Assembly: GCA_963524295.1 (NCBI GenBank)
Contig: CAURFZ010000001.1
Span: 361,509-425,508, forward strand
Source: an uncultured Candidatus Saccharibacteria bacterium
GTDB lineage: Bacteria; Patescibacteriota; Saccharimonadia; Saccharimonadales; Saccharimonadaceae
Length of the DNA stretch: 64,000 bases
Direction of reading: 5' to 3'
A program made the translations under genes and the position numbers. The first letter of the stretch is position 1. Each line of letters begins with the position of its first letter. The notes under the pieces are model-generated. The model ran no database searches. It was not told the origin of the DNA and saw only the letters and a list, made by a program, of their open reading frames with translations. Below, piece by piece: positions 1 through 9,540 of this stretch.

Positions 1-1
1 C

Positions 2-1315
2 AATGATACCGACCCCATCGCCGCCGTCCTAGCGGACAACCAGCCCCTCACCACCGACCGCCTGCGTCTTGTGACGAGCTCTGGCAAGACACCGATCATC
101 TCACTCGTCATTTCGCCCGTCAGCAGCGAGCCAGGCAGTGGGGTTATCGTCGTCTTTCGTGACGTGACGAAGGAAAAGGCCGAGGAACGCCAAAAAGCCG
201 AATTCATTAGCACCGCCAGCCATGAGATGCGTACCCCTGTAGCGTCAATCGAGGGCTACCTTGGCCTCACCCTTAACCCCGCCACCGCCACCATCGACCA
301 GCGCGCCCGCGACTTCATTACCAAAGCCCACCGCTCGGCTGAGCACCTCGGCCGGCTCTTCCAAGACCTGCTGGACGTGAGCAAAGCCGACGATGGCCGC
401 TTGCAGAGCAATCCTGAAGCGATCGACCTCATCCCCTTTGTTAGCGACATTGTGGAGGGGCTGCGCCACAAGGCCGAGAACAAAAAGCTCCAGCTTATCT
501 TCAAGCCACGCCCTGGCACAACTGGCGGTGAGCACAGCGCTACCTTCACGAGCCGGACGCTTAGCCCTGCCTTTTATGTCTATGTCGACCCAGACCAACT
601 GCGTGAGGTGCTTGATAATCTGGTGGAGAATGCTATCAAGTACACCCCCAGCGGGCGTGTAACGGTGGATGTGACCGGCGGTAGTGGGCGCGTGACAATC
701 ACCATTGCCGATACTGGCATTGGCATACCGGTGGAAGATCAGTCACACCTCTTCCAAAAGTTCTATCGAGTAGATAATTCGGACACGCGCGAGATTGGCG
801 GCACTGGCCTAGGGCTCTATCTTAGTCGCCGCCTTACAGAGGTGATGGGTGGACGCTTGTGGGTAGAGAGTGCGTACCGGCAGGGAAGTACCTTCTTCCT
901 TGAGCTCCCGCGCTTGAGCGAGCACGATGCTCAAACCGCCCTCGCTGCCAAAGCCAAGACGGCAGCACAAGTAGCCGAGACAACCCCGCCTCGCCCGGTG
1001 CCAACTTTTGCCGCAGCCACACTCCAGGGCCAAGGCTTTTTGCCGCAACCAAGCCTAGCTACTCGCGCCCAGCACCCAACCCAAAAGAACAGCCGCTCAG
1101 CCACGCCACCCACGGCAAAAAACGTGCAATCTACCGCTGTTACCGCTGCTCAGGCTGCTCCTGCCACTCCCTCAAGCGCCACACCGCCATCTGCGCCAAG
1201 TACGTCGCCCACGGCGCACATCATTGCCACCAGCCAGCCCCGGCGCAACCCCACTCGTGTCCGCGATGTCCTCACCACGCCGCGCTCTGCTGCGCCACCA
1301 CGGGCAGTGCGGTAA
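2..1315 (+). CDS. Sensor histidine kinase, 5' end cut by window edge, with Pro/Ala/Thr-rich C-terminal tail
   Basis: Frame is open from nt 2. PAS-like end, then H-box FISTASHEMRTPV, N-box LDNLVENAIKYTP, G1 IADTGIGIP and G2 GGTGLGLYLS. The last ~130 aa are low-complexity P/A/T/S. Confidence 0.9.
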   Translation, partial: NDTDPIAAVLADNQPLTTDRLRLVTSSGKTPIISLVISPVSSEPGSGVIVVFRDVTKEKAEERQKAEFISTASHEMRTPVASIEGYLGLTLNPATATIDQRARDFITKAHRSAEHLGRLFQDLLDVSKADDGRLQSNPEAIDLIPFVSDIVEGLRHKAENKKLQLIFKPRPGTTGGEHSATFTSRTLSPAFYVYVDPDQLREVLDNLVENAIKYTPSGRVTVDVTGGSGRVTITIADTGIGIPVEDQSHLFQKFYRVDNSDTREIGGTGLGLYLSRRLTEVMGGRLWVESAYRQGSTFFLELPRLSEHDAQTALAAKAKTAAQVAETTPPRPVPTFAAATLQGQGFLPQPSLATRAQHPTQKNSRSATPPTAKNVQSTAVTAAQAAPATPSSATPPSAPSTSPTAHIIATSQPRRNPTRVRDVLTTPRSAAPPRAVR

Positions 1316-1475
1316 ATCTCACGCCTCTCTCGAAATAATTATAGAGACCGATATTTTCCACAATACTGGCCTCTTTTATATTAAAACCTGCTACTAGTAC
1401 CCCTCCTGTAGCAAAAAGCGAGAAGGGGAGTGAACCCCAGCGAAGGCAAAGCCCCAGGCTGCTACACGCTTACGA

Positions 1476-1919
1476 CTAGGGTTTCTTGCGGGAAGATTTG
1501 CGTGATCGCTCATTGAGCAGACATAGCGTAATAGAACTAAGGGCCATCGCTTCCGTACCACACGCTACCCCGTGCATCACCGCTTCTTCCATCTGGCGAT
1601 GCTCGAGCCCATCGATGTTTGAGAACCCCTCGGCAGCAGCAATCTCCTCATCTGTCGTCATCACATGCTCCGCAACTGGGTTGAGCAGGTTACCAACCGG
1701 CTCTATATTGCCACTGTCATGATAGAGACTAATGCCTGTTGCGGCTGTCAGGGTAGCACCAACAGTCGCTAGCATCCCCAGCATACGCGCCGTTTGCCAG
1801 CGCAGCGAGGACTGCTCGGGCGATTGTAATTTTTCTGCAAAACGCGTGACCCAGCTTGGCTTCTCACTTTTGTGTCGCGCCCCAGCGTGTCGCATTTGTT
1901 GTGTTGTTGTCATATTCAT
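1476..1919 (-). CDS. Hypothetical membrane-associated protein (147 aa)
   Basis: ORF with one hydrophobic segment (LGMLATVGATLTAATGISLY). ATG is preceded by AACAGAGGAAT (SD-like). No recognisable motif. Confidence 0.5.
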   Translation of the reverse strand: MNMTTTQQMRHAGARHKSEKPSWVTRFAEKLQSPEQSSLRWQTARMLGMLATVGATLTAATGISLYHDSGNIEPVGNLLNPVAEHVMTTDEEIAAAEGFSNIDGLEHRQMEEAVMHGVACGTEAMALSSITLCLLNERSRKSSRKKP

Positions 1920-2250
1920 ATTCCTCTGTTAAGAGAGTGCTATGATACCACGGTATGGTTTTATAGTCAATAGTTACGTATCTGCGCCCAAAACCCCCAA
2001 ACCTCTTATGCCTATAGCTAAACGCACAGTAGCCATGCCGAAGATGCATACAGAGCGCTCCCGCTCCCGCTTCCTGCATTGCTAGCCTATAGAGAGTTTC
2101 TTGTGCAGACCAACACTCATCAATCTCTCTATGCAAATCCAATCGTGCGCCCACACCACCACCGAGGCGGCTCTTTTCTATCACTTTCTCTCAAAAAAAC
2201 CACAAGCACTATGGTATTTTTGCTGATAATTGCGTACAATAGAGGGTGAT

Positions 2251-3822
2251 ATGACAAAGGTTAAGATTCTGCTTGTCGAAGACGACAAAAGCCTGCGCGA
2301 AATATACGGAGTACGCCTGTTGGCCGAGGGGTATGACATCGTGTCGGCCGGCGATGGGGAAGAAGCACTCGCCATGGCTATCAAAGAACGTCCGCAGCTC
2401 ATCATCAGTGATGTGATGATGCCCAAGATTAGTGGCTTCGACATGCTCGATATCTTGCGTAGCACTACCGAGACGCGCGGCATCAAGGTGATTATCATGA
2501 CGGCACTCTCTAGCCAAGACCAACGCATGCGCGGCGAGGCACTGGGGGCAGACCGCTATCTCGTCAAGTCGCAGGTTGGCATTGAAGATGTGGTGCGCGC
2601 CGTACACGACGTCCTTGGCGATACAGGGGTAAGCCACCGGCCGGCAGCACATACCACTCCTGAGCCTCAGCCAAGCGCACCAGCCAACCCAGTGCCACCA
2701 GTCAGTCAACCCCAGCCTACCACACTGCCACAACCCACAGCGCCATTCTCTACACCACGGCCGGCCAGCCTGGGTGAGCGAGTGATCCACCCACTACAGT
2801 CTTCTATGCCAAGGCCAGATTATGCCAGCTTAATAGATGACGAGCTCGATGCCGCCAATGGTACTTCACAGCCCACGGTGCCGCAGCCGCCAGCCGAGCC
2901 CACTACGCCACAGCCATTCACCTTGCCGCCAACCGAGAATACCCCAGAGGCGGAGATCATCACGCATCATGATGAACACTCAGCCCCTGCTAGTAGCGCA
3001 CCAAGCCCAGCAGAAGCTCCGCACCCACACACACCGCCAGCCAGCGATGCTCCCGCCGCGCAGCCACTCATTAACGATATTATTGCGCCGCACAGCACCG
3101 CGCCATCGGGTATTCCAGAGATTAAGCCTCAGACAGCGGCAAACAAACCGCCACTACCGCCACACTACACCCACACTCCAGCCGACGACGAAGCCGAGTT
3201 AGCCGAAGCTCTCCGCATGAGCGCACAACAGGCTGATGATGAGACAGACACCGATATAGCCGCCTACCAGCCAAGCCAAAACCAGCTCGTATCAGACGCC
3301 GTGGCCAACCTTAATGAGCAGATGGACACCATTCCGGCTCCGGTCGAACCACTAGCACCAACCGCCACAGCATACGACACACCGGCACCAAGCCACACTG
3401 CGCCAGTCGCCTCAGCTCAACCACCAGCTGCTCACCACGAGCATCACGAGGATTCACCAGCTCATCCTGCTACTGATAGTGCAGCCATTGCGCCGCACAG
3501 CACACAGGCCATTGCTGCAGACCCGTCTGACGCACTAGCCGCGGCGTTGCTCCAGGGTAGTGCAGCCGCTCATCCGTCGGTCTCGCCAGTCGATCATCCA
3601 CTTTACGATGCCATCCGTCCAGCTCCCGTTGCTGCAGTGCATTCTGCTCCAGCACAGCCCGTCAACGCCGCAGCAGGGCAATCATCAACCACTCATCATG
3701 CAGCATCAGCGCCTCAGCCAGAAGCCGCACCTTCGCGTCCAGCACCGGCCATACAGCATAGCCACGACAACCTCAGTTTCGAAGAGACTGAGCGGACAAC
3801 ACCATCGGCCGGGTCGCACTAA
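2251..3822 (+). CDS. Response regulator, receiver domain only, fused to a ~400-aa Pro/Ala/Thr/Gln-rich tail
   Basis: ATG at 2251 follows AGAGGGTGA. KILLVEDD, phospho-acceptor LIISDVMMP and VIIMTAL define a CheY-like receiver. No DNA-binding or enzymatic output domain is visible. Confidence 0.85.
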   Translation: MTKVKILLVEDDKSLREIYGVRLLAEGYDIVSAGDGEEALAMAIKERPQLIISDVMMPKISGFDMLDILRSTTETRGIKVIIMTALSSQDQRMRGEALGADRYLVKSQVGIEDVVRAVHDVLGDTGVSHRPAAHTTPEPQPSAPANPVPPVSQPQPTTLPQPTAPFSTPRPASLGERVIHPLQSSMPRPDYASLIDDELDAANGTSQPTVPQPPAEPTTPQPFTLPPTENTPEAEIITHHDEHSAPASSAPSPAEAPHPHTPPASDAPAAQPLINDIIAPHSTAPSGIPEIKPQTAANKPPLPPHYTHTPADDEAELAEALRMSAQQADDETDTDIAAYQPSQNQLVSDAVANLNEQMDTIPAPVEPLAPTATAYDTPAPSHTAPVASAQPPAAHHEHHEDSPAHPATDSAAIAPHSTQAIAADPSDALAAALLQGSAAAHPSVSPVDHPLYDAIRPAPVAAVHSAPAQPVNAAAGQSSTTHHAASAPQPEAAPSRPAPAIQHSHDNLSFEETERTTPSAGSH

Positions 3823-3873
3823 AAAGCGTATCCATATCGCTCCACACGTGCTATACTAGGTAATCATCAGTGC

Positions 3874-4158
3874 ATGGAGCCTGTTATGTTCGATCGATTA
3901 CCATTCGACTACCCATATCCATTCTATGAACAACCTCCCGATGACCCCGTCACTGGCCCTGCTGCGCGATGCAACGATCCACTACAAGCTGATAGCCGCC
4001 AGCATCCATCGCTTGAGTACCCACTCGATGTGCCAGAGGTCAAACATAGCCCGCTTTTCATACGCATTCGTGCCATTGGCAAGGCTGCTCTCCGCGGCAC
4101 GCGGAGCATTGTCTCAGCGGTTACTCGGTCGTGGTCGCGTCATACCCATCAGCATTAA
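3874..4158 (+). CDS. Hypothetical protein (94 aa)
   Basis: ORF 16 nt downstream of TGCTATACT (3849-3857). No motif recognised. Confidence 0.4.
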   Translation: MEPVMFDRLPFDYPYPFYEQPPDDPVTGPAARCNDPLQADSRQHPSLEYPLDVPEVKHSPLFIRIRAIGKAALRGTRSIVSAVTRSWSRHTHQH

Positions 4159-4223
4159 CTGAGAGAGTTAGCGGCACAGAGCCGAGCCTTCGGCCAGTAC
4201 GTCCTGGGTGATATAATAGGGGC

Positions 4224-4907
4224 ATGTCGACTACTCGCCTTAACAAACACATTGCTCTTGTGCTGGGCCTGTCGCGCCGCCAAGCGGATGACCTGATCGC
4301 CGCTGGAGATGTCGTAGTTGATGGCGAGGTAGCTGTGCTCGGTGCCCGCCTCCAGCCAGGCAGCTTGGTAACGGTACAGGGCGCGCCACTACCCGAGCAG
4401 GTTACTTACCGCACTATTATGCTCAACAAGCCAGTGGGCTACGTTTGCTCGCGCAAACAACAGGGGTCACAGCCCACTATTTATAGCCTTTTACCAACAG
4501 AGTTGCATGCTCTTAAGCCCGTCGGTCGGCTTGATGCCGATAGCTCGGGCTTGCTTTTGCTCAGCAACAACGGCGACTTTGCCTACCGCATGACCCACCC
4601 ACAGTTTGCTAAGGTCAAAGAATACCACGTCCGGCTCGACCACCCACTCGAACCCCTCCACCAGCAGATGATCAGCGACTATGGCATCCAGCTTGCCGAT
4701 GGTACCAGCCGGCTCATCCTCACGCGTCTTCGGCCCGATAGCCGCACCGAGTGGCACATTAGCATGAGCGAGGGCCGTAACCGCCAGATTCGCCGCACCT
4801 TCGCCGCTCTGGGTTATACTGTCACGCGCCTGCACCGCACGTACTTTGGTAGCTATAGCCTAGGCAAATTACCGCGAGGTAAGTGGCAGAACGTGGCCGA
4901 GCAGTAG
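4224..4907 (+). CDS. Pseudouridine synthase, RsuA/RluB family (S4 domain plus catalytic domain)
   Basis: N-terminal S4-like RLNKHIALVLGLSRRQADDLI. Catalytic motif GRLDADSSGLLLLSNNG. TGATATAAT ends 6 nt before the ATG. Confidence 0.9.
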   Translation: MSTTRLNKHIALVLGLSRRQADDLIAAGDVVVDGEVAVLGARLQPGSLVTVQGAPLPEQVTYRTIMLNKPVGYVCSRKQQGSQPTIYSLLPTELHALKPVGRLDADSSGLLLLSNNGDFAYRMTHPQFAKVKEYHVRLDHPLEPLHQQMISDYGIQLADGTSRLILTRLRPDSRTEWHISMSEGRNRQIRRTFAALGYTVTRLHRTYFGSYSLGKLPRGKWQNVAEQ

Positions 4908-4954
4908 GGCACTGCAAATCCGCTCGCGCGCTTTCATGATATAATGAGAGCATT

Positions 4955-6385
4955 ATGGCTACCAAACTTCCTACCGTTGCAATCATCGGGCGTGCCAATG
5001 CTGGCAAGAGCTCGCTGTTTAATCGTATGATGCGCTCACAGCAGGCTATCGTGGCGCGAGAGGCTGGCACAACGCGCGATCGGGTGGTAGGCAAGGCAGC
5101 CTACCATGGGCATGAGTTCTGGCTCGTCGATACCGCTGGCCTCAAGCCAGCTGAAGACGAGTTTGAGGCAAGTATCCAAGAGCAAATCACCGATGCATCC
5201 GATGCGGCCGACGTCATCCTCGTGGTCGTGGATAGTACCGAATACCCCAGCGACGAAGACCGGCGCGTCGCCAAAACCGCCCTCAAGAGCCGCAAGCCTG
5301 TCATTCTCATTGCAAACAAAACCGACCTGCGGGGCAGCTTGCCCACTAGTGAATTCCTCCGCCTTGGCATCAAGAGTATCATTCGCACCAGTGCCGAGCA
5401 CAACAGTGGCATTAGCGATGCGCTGGATGAGATCTGCCAGCACATCCCAGAGAAGCGCCAAGCAGAGCCGAGCGATGTGCTCAAGATTGCTTTGATCGGC
5501 CGGCCAAACGTGGGCAAATCCAGCCTCTTCAACACACTAGCGGGCAAGCAGCAAGCCATCGTGGCTGGGGTGGCGGGCACCACGCGCGATGTCAATCGCA
5601 TCCGTCTGCGCTACCAGGGGCAAGCCATCGAGCTGCTCGACACCGCTGGCATTCGCCGCCAAGGCAAGCAAGAGGTGGGCATCGAGAAGTTTAGCGTCTT
5701 GCGCACTTTGGCTGCCATCGAGGAGGCCGATATTTGCTTCCTCCTGATGGATGTAAATGAGCTCAACACCGCCCTCGACCAGCGGCTTGCTGGCATCATT
5801 GCCGAGGCAGGCAAGGGCATGGCCATCGTCGTGAGCAAATGGGACGCCGTGGAAGGCAAAGATGCCTACACGCGCGATGCACTCGCCCCGCAGATCTCCG
5901 CCCAGTTCGACTTCACACCGTGGGCACCACTCATCTTCACCAGTGCTGTTACTGGCCAGAATGTGACGAAGTTATTCGACCTCGCTCTTGGCATCGCTGC
6001 CCATCGCCAGCAAAAGACCACCACGCGCACCCTCAACGACCTCCTGCAGCGCTCTGTGCAAAAGCACCCACCAGCTGGCCTCAAGAATACCCACCCCAAG
6101 CTACGCTACATCGTCCAGACAGACACAAACCCACCATGGTTCGTTATCTACGGCAGCAACCTCAAGTTCGTCCACTGGAGCTACAAGCGCTACCTCGAGC
6201 GGCGCATCCGCGACACCTACGACTACACCGGCACTCCCATCAAGCTCTCCTTCCGCGACGAGAAGCAACTCAAAGCCAACCGCGAGCGCGTTAAGCGTGG
6301 CCTCGAGCCCGTCACTAAAGCATACAAGCAGCGCAAGAACGCCGAAGGGCAAAACGCGCAGGGCACGAGCAAGAACCGTTTGTAG
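4955..6385 (+). CDS. der: Ribosome-associated GTPase Der/EngA (two G domains plus KH-like C-terminus)
   Basis: GRANAGKSS, DTAG and NKTD, then GRPNVGKSS, DTAGIRR and SKWD. Basic C-terminal tail. Confidence 0.95.
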   Translation: MATKLPTVAIIGRANAGKSSLFNRMMRSQQAIVAREAGTTRDRVVGKAAYHGHEFWLVDTAGLKPAEDEFEASIQEQITDASDAADVILVVVDSTEYPSDEDRRVAKTALKSRKPVILIANKTDLRGSLPTSEFLRLGIKSIIRTSAEHNSGISDALDEICQHIPEKRQAEPSDVLKIALIGRPNVGKSSLFNTLAGKQQAIVAGVAGTTRDVNRIRLRYQGQAIELLDTAGIRRQGKQEVGIEKFSVLRTLAAIEEADICFLLMDVNELNTALDQRLAGIIAEAGKGMAIVVSKWDAVEGKDAYTRDALAPQISAQFDFTPWAPLIFTSAVTGQNVTKLFDLALGIAAHRQQKTTTRTLNDLLQRSVQKHPPAGLKNTHPKLRYIVQTDTNPPWFVIYGSNLKFVHWSYKRYLERRIRDTYDYTGTPIKLSFRDEKQLKANRERVKRGLEPVTKAYKQRKNAEGQNAQGTSKNRL

Positions 6386-6576
6386 GTGCTTTCTGACGCT
6401 TGTAGAACAATTATCTCAAATTACTTTATGGCATAATTAGTAGAATATATCTCGTTCTCTTCCTGTTGGTGCATAGCCCTGACAGTGTTCGCCCATACCC
6501 GAACAAATCGTTGTAGAATGGACACCACTTACCACTGTTATTTTACCGTATTATTGCAATATATCATAACAAGTAT

Positions 6577-6596
6577 TGATATATATATATATATCA
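6577..6596. repeat. Perfect 20-nt palindrome TGAT(AT)6ATCA
   Basis: Read directly in the AT-rich spacer upstream of the 6667 gene. Confidence 0.9.
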
Positions 6597-6666
6597 GCTA
6601 CAATCAAATCGTCATGTTGGTTGAGCCCAAAAATCTTGGGCTCCCGGAATCCTAGAGGAGGATAAC

Positions 6667-7005
6667 ATGAAGTTCCGGAAGATCGCGTCCTTGGGTGCTA
6701 CCGCTGCGTTGGCGGTGGGCGGGTTCGTTTTGAGCTCGCCGGCGAACGCCGCTGACGGCGAGTGGCCGGCGGATATTGAGGAGGCTTGCCGCCTGCAGGG
6801 GCACTCCGGTGTCTACAACTTCTTCGGCGAGCCGTACACATGGACGTGTTACGACATGTCGTACACGTTCCCGTTCGGTGTGTCGTTTGGGTCGGCTGGT
6901 AGTGTCGACATCCAGGGCTACTGCAACCGATTCTACCCCGGTTCCAAGGCCGAGGTAACGAACGACGCGCTCGCTGAGGGCTGGTCCTGCCTGAAGCTGG
7001 ACTAG
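6667..7005 (+). CDS. Small secreted 4-Cys protein (112 aa precursor)
   Basis: AGGAGG is 5 nt before the ATG. Signal peptide MKFRKIASLGATAALAVGGFVLSSPANA|AD. Codon usage is rich in NCG/NNG codons, unlike neighbours. Flanked by an AT-rich spacer and a 15-bp hairpin. Confidence 0.75.
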   Translation: MKFRKIASLGATAALAVGGFVLSSPANAADGEWPADIEEACRLQGHSGVYNFFGEPYTWTCYDMSYTFPFGVSFGSAGSVDIQGYCNRFYPGSKAEVTNDALAEGWSCLKLD

Positions 7006-7015
7006 CCACCGGAAC

Positions 7016-7055
7016 GCCCACCCAGCCTTATGTTACACAATAAGGCTGGGTGGGC
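7016..7055 (+). terminator. 15-bp perfect hairpin after the secreted-protein gene
   Basis: GCCCACCCAGCCTTA-N10-TAAGGCTGGGTGGGC, starting 11 nt after the stop. No clear T-tract. Confidence 0.5.
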
Positions 7056-7097
7056 AAACAACATTCAGTAATAACTAATAACATAAGGAGTTGTATT

Positions 7098-7304
7098 ATG
7101 ACTCATATACCAGCTTATTTTGCTTTGTTGATTCGCGCGCCCGAGGCAAATGCGCTTTTTTGGTCGGCCGTCGCCTTCCATGTTGTGCTATTTGTGGTGG
7201 CTATTTGGCTACTTGTTTGGTTCGTCCGGCGAGTCAATCAGATGAGCCAATCGCTCACATCGATCGATGAGAAGCTAAGCGAATTCCTTGATAAGAGTCG
7301 GTAG
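7098..7304 (+). CDS. Small single-pass membrane protein (68 aa)
   Basis: AAGGAG is 8 nt before ATG 7098. TM segment AVAFHVVLFVVAIWLLVWFV. Confidence 0.55.
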   Translation: MTHIPAYFALLIRAPEANALFWSAVAFHVVLFVVAIWLLVWFVRRVNQMSQSLTSIDEKLSEFLDKSR

Positions 7305-7678
7305 TGTGGCTTCTAGTGGCCTATACGGCCAAGCAATCCAGGTCGACGAATACTCCTCGCTTAAGGAAGGGCTAAGAAATCGCAAGACCCATAATATCAC
7401 ACTCATCTACCTCTGTTTTTGCGTGCAACAAAGTAGGGGTAGGTGGGGTTTTATTATGGTATAGATCTATCTTTCGATACTGCTTCTTGCCATATCACCC
7501 TCCTCTGATGTATATAAGACTCAATACCAACCTCTCGTACTGGCGCTACAGAGAAGAGAGAATGACGCAAAAGAGAAAAAATTTTTATATCCAAGCCAAT
7601 AATAATCAACCCTCATTCTCTGCAATAGATCCTACCAGAGGAGTTAGTGGATAAGCCAAGAGACTCCTCAGACCTACC

Positions 7679-8647
7679 TTACCCAAACATCATCAGCTGC
7701 GCCACCAGCCCATCGCGGGTGATGCTGCTGGCGTGGGTGCCAATGCAAACCAGCTTGGGCACTTCACCAGGCTGGCCAGTAGTGATCTGAATCTGCTCGG
7801 GCGTAGCTTCGATATGCCGGCGCGTGCCATGCTCATCAATAAAGCATCCCTTGAGCCGGCGCAGCTCATACGTCGCAAAGAGCTCGAGCCACAGCGTCTC
7901 AAAGGCTGCCTCGGTAGTAGTGAGCTGCGACATATCGATGACGCTGTAGGTCGGGTTATCCGGCACGGCGAGCTCACCATCGTACGTATCAAAGAAGGTG
8001 AGTAGACTCGACGGCGTTGTGATCTTGCTGAGGTCAAAATGCCCATGCGGCGCAGACAACACCCGCGTATAAGGTAGAGCACGGCGCTTGGCGTCATAGA
8101 TAGCGCGGTCGTCGCCATGCAGGAGATCTTCTTTGGTAATAAGGACTGTATCGGCAGCTTGCAGCTCCACCTCGTGGGCTGGCTCAATACCGTGCAAAAT
8201 CTCGTGCGCCGTGATGACGTAATAGCTCTGCAATAGCTCGTATTTGGCAAAGATCCGCGCATTGATGAGCTTCTCTACCAAGTTCATCGTCCGCGCGACC
8301 CCTGTTGCCTCGATAAAAACCGGGGCAGGGGACGACTGGCAAAAATCCAGTAGCATGCGCGTCAAGGCATGCTTAGACGAGCAGCACACGCAGTCGCCCG
8401 CCAGCGTCGTCACAAGCTCCGCCAGGCCTTCTAGCCGGTAGCCATCGACGTTCTCGTTGGCATATTCATTCTCAATCACGCGCGAGCCAGCAAACTCCGG
8501 CTGGCGCAAAAGATACTCCAACACGCTCGTCTTGCCCGCCCCGAGCGAGCCATTGATGAGGTAGAGCGGTACCAGGCCAGGCTGAGTGCGCTGCTCATCA
8601 AAGGCGGCATTGAGGCTAAATTCAAGATCATTATCGCGCTGGGCCAT
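7679..8647 (-). CDS. COG0523/CobW-type G3E-family GTPase (putative metallochaperone)
   Basis: P-loop GSLGAGKTS, CxCC motif GDCVCCSS, IEATGVA. ATG 8647 lies 6 nt after TGCTATACT. An alternative GTG start is at 8683. Confidence 0.85.
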   Translation of the reverse strand: MAQRDNDLEFSLNAAFDEQRTQPGLVPLYLINGSLGAGKTSVLEYLLRQPEFAGSRVIENEYANENVDGYRLEGLAELVTTLAGDCVCCSSKHALTRMLLDFCQSSPAPVFIEATGVARTMNLVEKLINARIFAKYELLQSYYVITAHEILHGIEPAHEVELQAADTVLITKEDLLHGDDRAIYDAKRRALPYTRVLSAPHGHFDLSKITTPSSLLTFFDTYDGELAVPDNPTYSVIDMSQLTTTEAAFETLWLELFATYELRRLKGCFIDEHGTRRHIEATPEQIQITTGQPGEVPKLVCIGTHASSITRDGLVAQLMMFG

Positions 8648-8884
8648 GAGTTTAGTATAGCATGGCTCAGTATATCCGCTCACTCCAACAGAGGATATTA
8701 TGGTCTTATACTAAGGAGTAAGGCTGCTGAGTAACGGTGCTACAGCTGAACCGAAAATGTTCCGGCCAGATTATAACAGCGGTTATCCGCCTACTGTGTG
8801 GCTGGCCTCCATATATTTTCTTGTTCAGCTATAGCACCACCAGCGCAGTCATAACAAAACCTTATCCGTGCTATACTAATAGAT

Positions 8885-9463
8885 ATGAAATTACTTCTCG
8901 CTCTCGGCAACCCTGGCCCGCGCTATGCCGCCACCCGGCACAACGCTGGTTTCATCATCCTCGATACTTATGCAGCAGAGCAGGGGGTGCAGTTTACCCC
9001 AAAGAGCCGATTTAATGCTGAGCTAGCCGAGTCTTCGCGGGGCGGAGAAAAGGTCATCCTCGCCAAGCCGACCACATTTTATAACGAGACAGGGGTCGCA
9101 GCGCGGGCAATTATGGATTTTTATAAATTATCACTCGACGATGTGCTCGTTATTCACGATGATGTGGCCCTCGATTTTGGCAAAATTCGCGTTAGGCGAG
9201 GCGGCGAGAGCGCAGGCAACAATGGGCTTAAGTCGCTCCACCAGCATATTGGGCAGAATTTTTGGCACATTCGCCTTGGCACAGACAATAAAATGCGGCA
9301 GCAAGTCGGTGATATTGACTTCGTCTTGAGTAACTTTACCTCAGATGAGCGAGCCCTTTTGCAACAGTGGGCAGCTGAGCAGTCAGCCTCTCTCATTGCG
9401 CAATTCCTTGCGGGAGACATAGCAGCGACGAGTGTGACGTACCAGCCGTCGGTACAGGTATAA
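8885..9463 (+). CDS. pth: Peptidyl-tRNA hydrolase
   Basis: LALGNPGPRYAATRHNAGF and HDDVALDFGKIRVR. TGCTATACT ends 7 nt before the ATG. Confidence 0.95.
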   Translation: MKLLLALGNPGPRYAATRHNAGFIILDTYAAEQGVQFTPKSRFNAELAESSRGGEKVILAKPTTFYNETGVAARAIMDFYKLSLDDVLVIHDDVALDFGKIRVRRGGESAGNNGLKSLHQHIGQNFWHIRLGTDNKMRQQVGDIDFVLSNFTSDERALLQQWAAEQSASLIAQFLAGDIAATSVTYQPSVQV

Positions 9464-9540
9464 TACATTATTTCGAGCGTATTTTATCTCTCGACGACAT
9501 ATATCAGTGGTGAGTTTGTGGCTTTTGTTTATAGCAATAT

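Noticed and set aside
2209-3202. Minus- and plus-strand ORFs overlapping the response regulator (193, 121 and 115 aa)
   Set aside because: These are alternative-frame or antisense readings of a receiver domain and a Pro-rich repeat region. No independent start signals are present.
6577-6596. TA palindrome, and the similar ATTGATATATATATT at about 30056-30071, as a functional site (recombination site or cruciform)
   Set aside because: Only two loosely similar copies exist, both in AT-rich spacers. Simple-sequence slippage explains them adequately, so the palindrome is recorded as a repeat feature only.
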